DNA of 64,000 nucleotides from a virus: UHGV virus genome UHGV-0144373; one strand, 5' to 3'. Shown piece by piece: positions 62,367 to 64,000 of this stretch (position 1 is its first letter; each line of letters starts with the position of its first letter). The notes under the pieces were generated by a model. It saw only the letters and a program-made list of their open reading frames with translations, ran no database searches and was not told where the DNA came from. The position numbers and the translations under genes were made by a program.

Positions 62367-62831
62367 TTACTTTGGATATACACTGTCAAGATAAATCTCA
62401 GCTTCCATTCTACGTCTGTTTTTCAGGCCGTTTGAAGTGACATTCTTACCTTTGACTGTAACCTTGTTCCACCATTGCATAGCTTCTGCACAACCGGCCT
62501 TATTACCATCGTTGTGGCGCTTGATAAATGTGGAATCCTGCATAGCTGTGATGCCAATGTTGTATGTTTCACTTACAAGTGCATCAAACTCATTCTGAGA
62601 AGTTGGAACCTTGATAGCTTTGTTCACTGCTGCAACGAACTTTTCAACATCTGCGAGAAGATACTGTTCAGCTTGTTCAGCGGTAATCCTCATACCCATC
62701 TTAACAGGTTTGCCAGCAATACGGATTGTCCCGTACCCAATTGTGGGGATTCCAGCAGAATCTTCGTAAGCCTCTAGCTTAAGACCTTCAAAGAACTTAA
62801 TAGCTTCTAAACCTTTTCTTGAGAGTTGCAT
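62367..62831 (-). CDS. lysozyme / endolysin (GH24, T4 lysozyme-like)
   Basis: LEAIKFFEGLKLEAYEDSAGIPTIGYG is the catalytic N-terminal signature of phage muramidases. Confidence 0.8.
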   Translation of the reverse strand: MQLSRKGLEAIKFFEGLKLEAYEDSAGIPTIGYGTIRIAGKPVKMGMRITAEQAEQYLLADVEKFVAAVNKAIKVPTSQNEFDALVSETYNIGITAMQDSTFIKRHNDGNKAGCAEAMQWWNKVTVKGKNVTSNGLKNRRRMEAEIYLDSVYPK

Positions 62832-63463
62832 TATACCTCCCCTGCTGGGTTAACTGTAACTGTTGCCGCATTAGATGTTACAGAGCCACCTGCGCCAGTA
62901 ACTACACAGGTGTAGCTTCCTGTATCAGCAGCGGTTGCACCTTCTTTGGTGTAAGTTGCAGTAGTTGCATCGAGGATGTCTTCCTCACCTTTCTTCCACT
63001 GGTAACCTGTCGCACCTGTTGCCACAACATTCAGCGTTAAGGTCTCACCTTCATTGATTTCTTGATTGGTTGGTTGCTGAGTGATTGATGGTGGCTTGAT
63101 AGCATCCTTCAACTTAGCATTCAACATTGAGAATGGTTTAACTCTTGCCAGCCATTCACAATAAACTGTATCAACGTCTTTACCATTGATAATTGCATAT
63201 TGTAAGTCCATGAAGAAGTCAGAAGTTCTCATTTGAGCACCGATGCTGTAAAGCAACTCATCACTAAATGGGACTTTATAGGCTGGTTTGTAGTCAAACT
63301 TCTTAACTTCTGCAATATCAGCTTCAGGCCAATACGAACTATAGGTAAGTGGTAAAATAGCCTCTTGATATGTTCTAAAATCATATCTCTTACCAGCCTT
63401 TACGTTTGCAATGAAGCCCTTCACAAACTCTTTGAAGTCTGGGTAAGTCTTTGCTTTAATCAT
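62831..63463 (-). CDS. protein with N-terminal domain paralogous to the next gene plus a C-terminal Ig-like domain
   Basis: N-terminal region shares KAK..DF ... RY ... WPE.DI ... YKP ... LLY ... MD.QY with 63460-63831; C-terminal GATGYQWKK ... GSYTCVVTGAGGS is Ig-like. Confidence 0.5.
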   Translation of the reverse strand: MIKAKTYPDFKEFVKGFIANVKAGKRYDFRTYQEAILPLTYSSYWPEADIAEVKKFDYKPAYKVPFSDELLYSIGAQMRTSDFFMDLQYAIINGKDVDTVYCEWLARVKPFSMLNAKLKDAIKPPSITQQPTNQEINEGETLTLNVVATGATGYQWKKGEEDILDATTATYTKEGATAADTGSYTCVVTGAGGSVTSNAATVTVNPAGEV

Positions 63464-63831
63464 TTCTTTTTAGCCTCTAAATGTGCGTTTAGTCTAAAAT
63501 AACCTTTGTGATGCGGAGATACATCACCAACAACAACACCTTTAACCTTATAACCTTTACCAATTACATACTGAATATCCATAAGGAATCTTCCCAGACC
63601 AACAATATGGAACATTGGATATAATAGATTCTCAGAGTCTGGAATATTGATTTCTGGTTTGTAGGTGCGTTGTTCGCTTGTTGGTGTAATATCTTCTTCA
63701 GGCCATTTACTGAGTCTCCATGTCAAAGGTGTTGGGATAACATCATTAAGGTTGTACCTTTCACCATTTTGCACGGAATTGATATAGGATTGTAGGAAGC
63801 AATAAAAGTCTTTTGCACTCTTAGCTTTCAT
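63460..63831 (-). CDS. paralog of the N-terminal domain of the 62831-63463 product
   Basis: 123 aa; shared motifs as above. Confidence 0.5.
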   Translation of the reverse strand: MKAKSAKDFYCFLQSYINSVQNGERYNLNDVIPTPLTWRLSKWPEEDITPTSEQRTYKPEINIPDSENLLYPMFHIVGLGRFLMDIQYVIGKGYKVKGVVVGDVSPHHKGYFRLNAHLEAKKK

Positions 63832-64000
63832 TAAATATCCTTATAAATAGTTAAAGGGGCATCAGCCCCTATTCACACTTAAGCTTTGGTCTTAAGTAGG
63901 TTCTTAAGTTTTTTAAGATTCATACTCTCATCAAACTTAAAACCAAATCCATTGACATAATCAATGAACTCGGATTTCTTACTGAGTGACAGTGCGTAAC

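Overview
This window looks like a contiguous piece of a large, AT-rich virulent tailed-phage genome (myovirus-type baseplate and tail-fiber genes), read by eye with no database searches. Layout: (1) 1-9.6 kb, + strand, baseplate and tail-fiber module with His-x-His fiber repeats; (2) 9.7-18.9 kb, - strand, thymidylate synthase, DHFR, DNA ligase and a T7 gp5-like family A DNA polymerase that is split by a ~300 nt intervening sequence next to an HNH endonuclease; (3) 19.1-50.3 kb, + strand, dNMP kinase, gp4-like primase-helicase, FEN exonuclease, aerobic and anaerobic ribonucleotide reductases, four tandem paralogous small genes, a Prs-like plus Nampt-like pair, rIIA/rIIB, a lytic transglycosylase, a possible spanin pair and a macro-domain protein; (4) 50.3-56.9 kb, a cassette array of 14 small genes, each preceded by one of two conserved leader modules; (5) 56.9-58.6 kb, a 1.7 kb ORF-free, repeat-dense region between convergent terminators; (6) 58.6-64 kb, - strand, small genes and a GH24 lysozyme. 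No tRNA, rRNA or CRISPR array was recognised. The most unusual signals are the repeat-dense silent region, the modular leader cassettes, the split polymerase, the tandem paralog array and the Prs/Nampt pair with a nearby macro domain. Several ORF-track starts are corrected where a terminator hairpin, a leader hairpin or a GTG/TTG codon created a false N-terminal extension.
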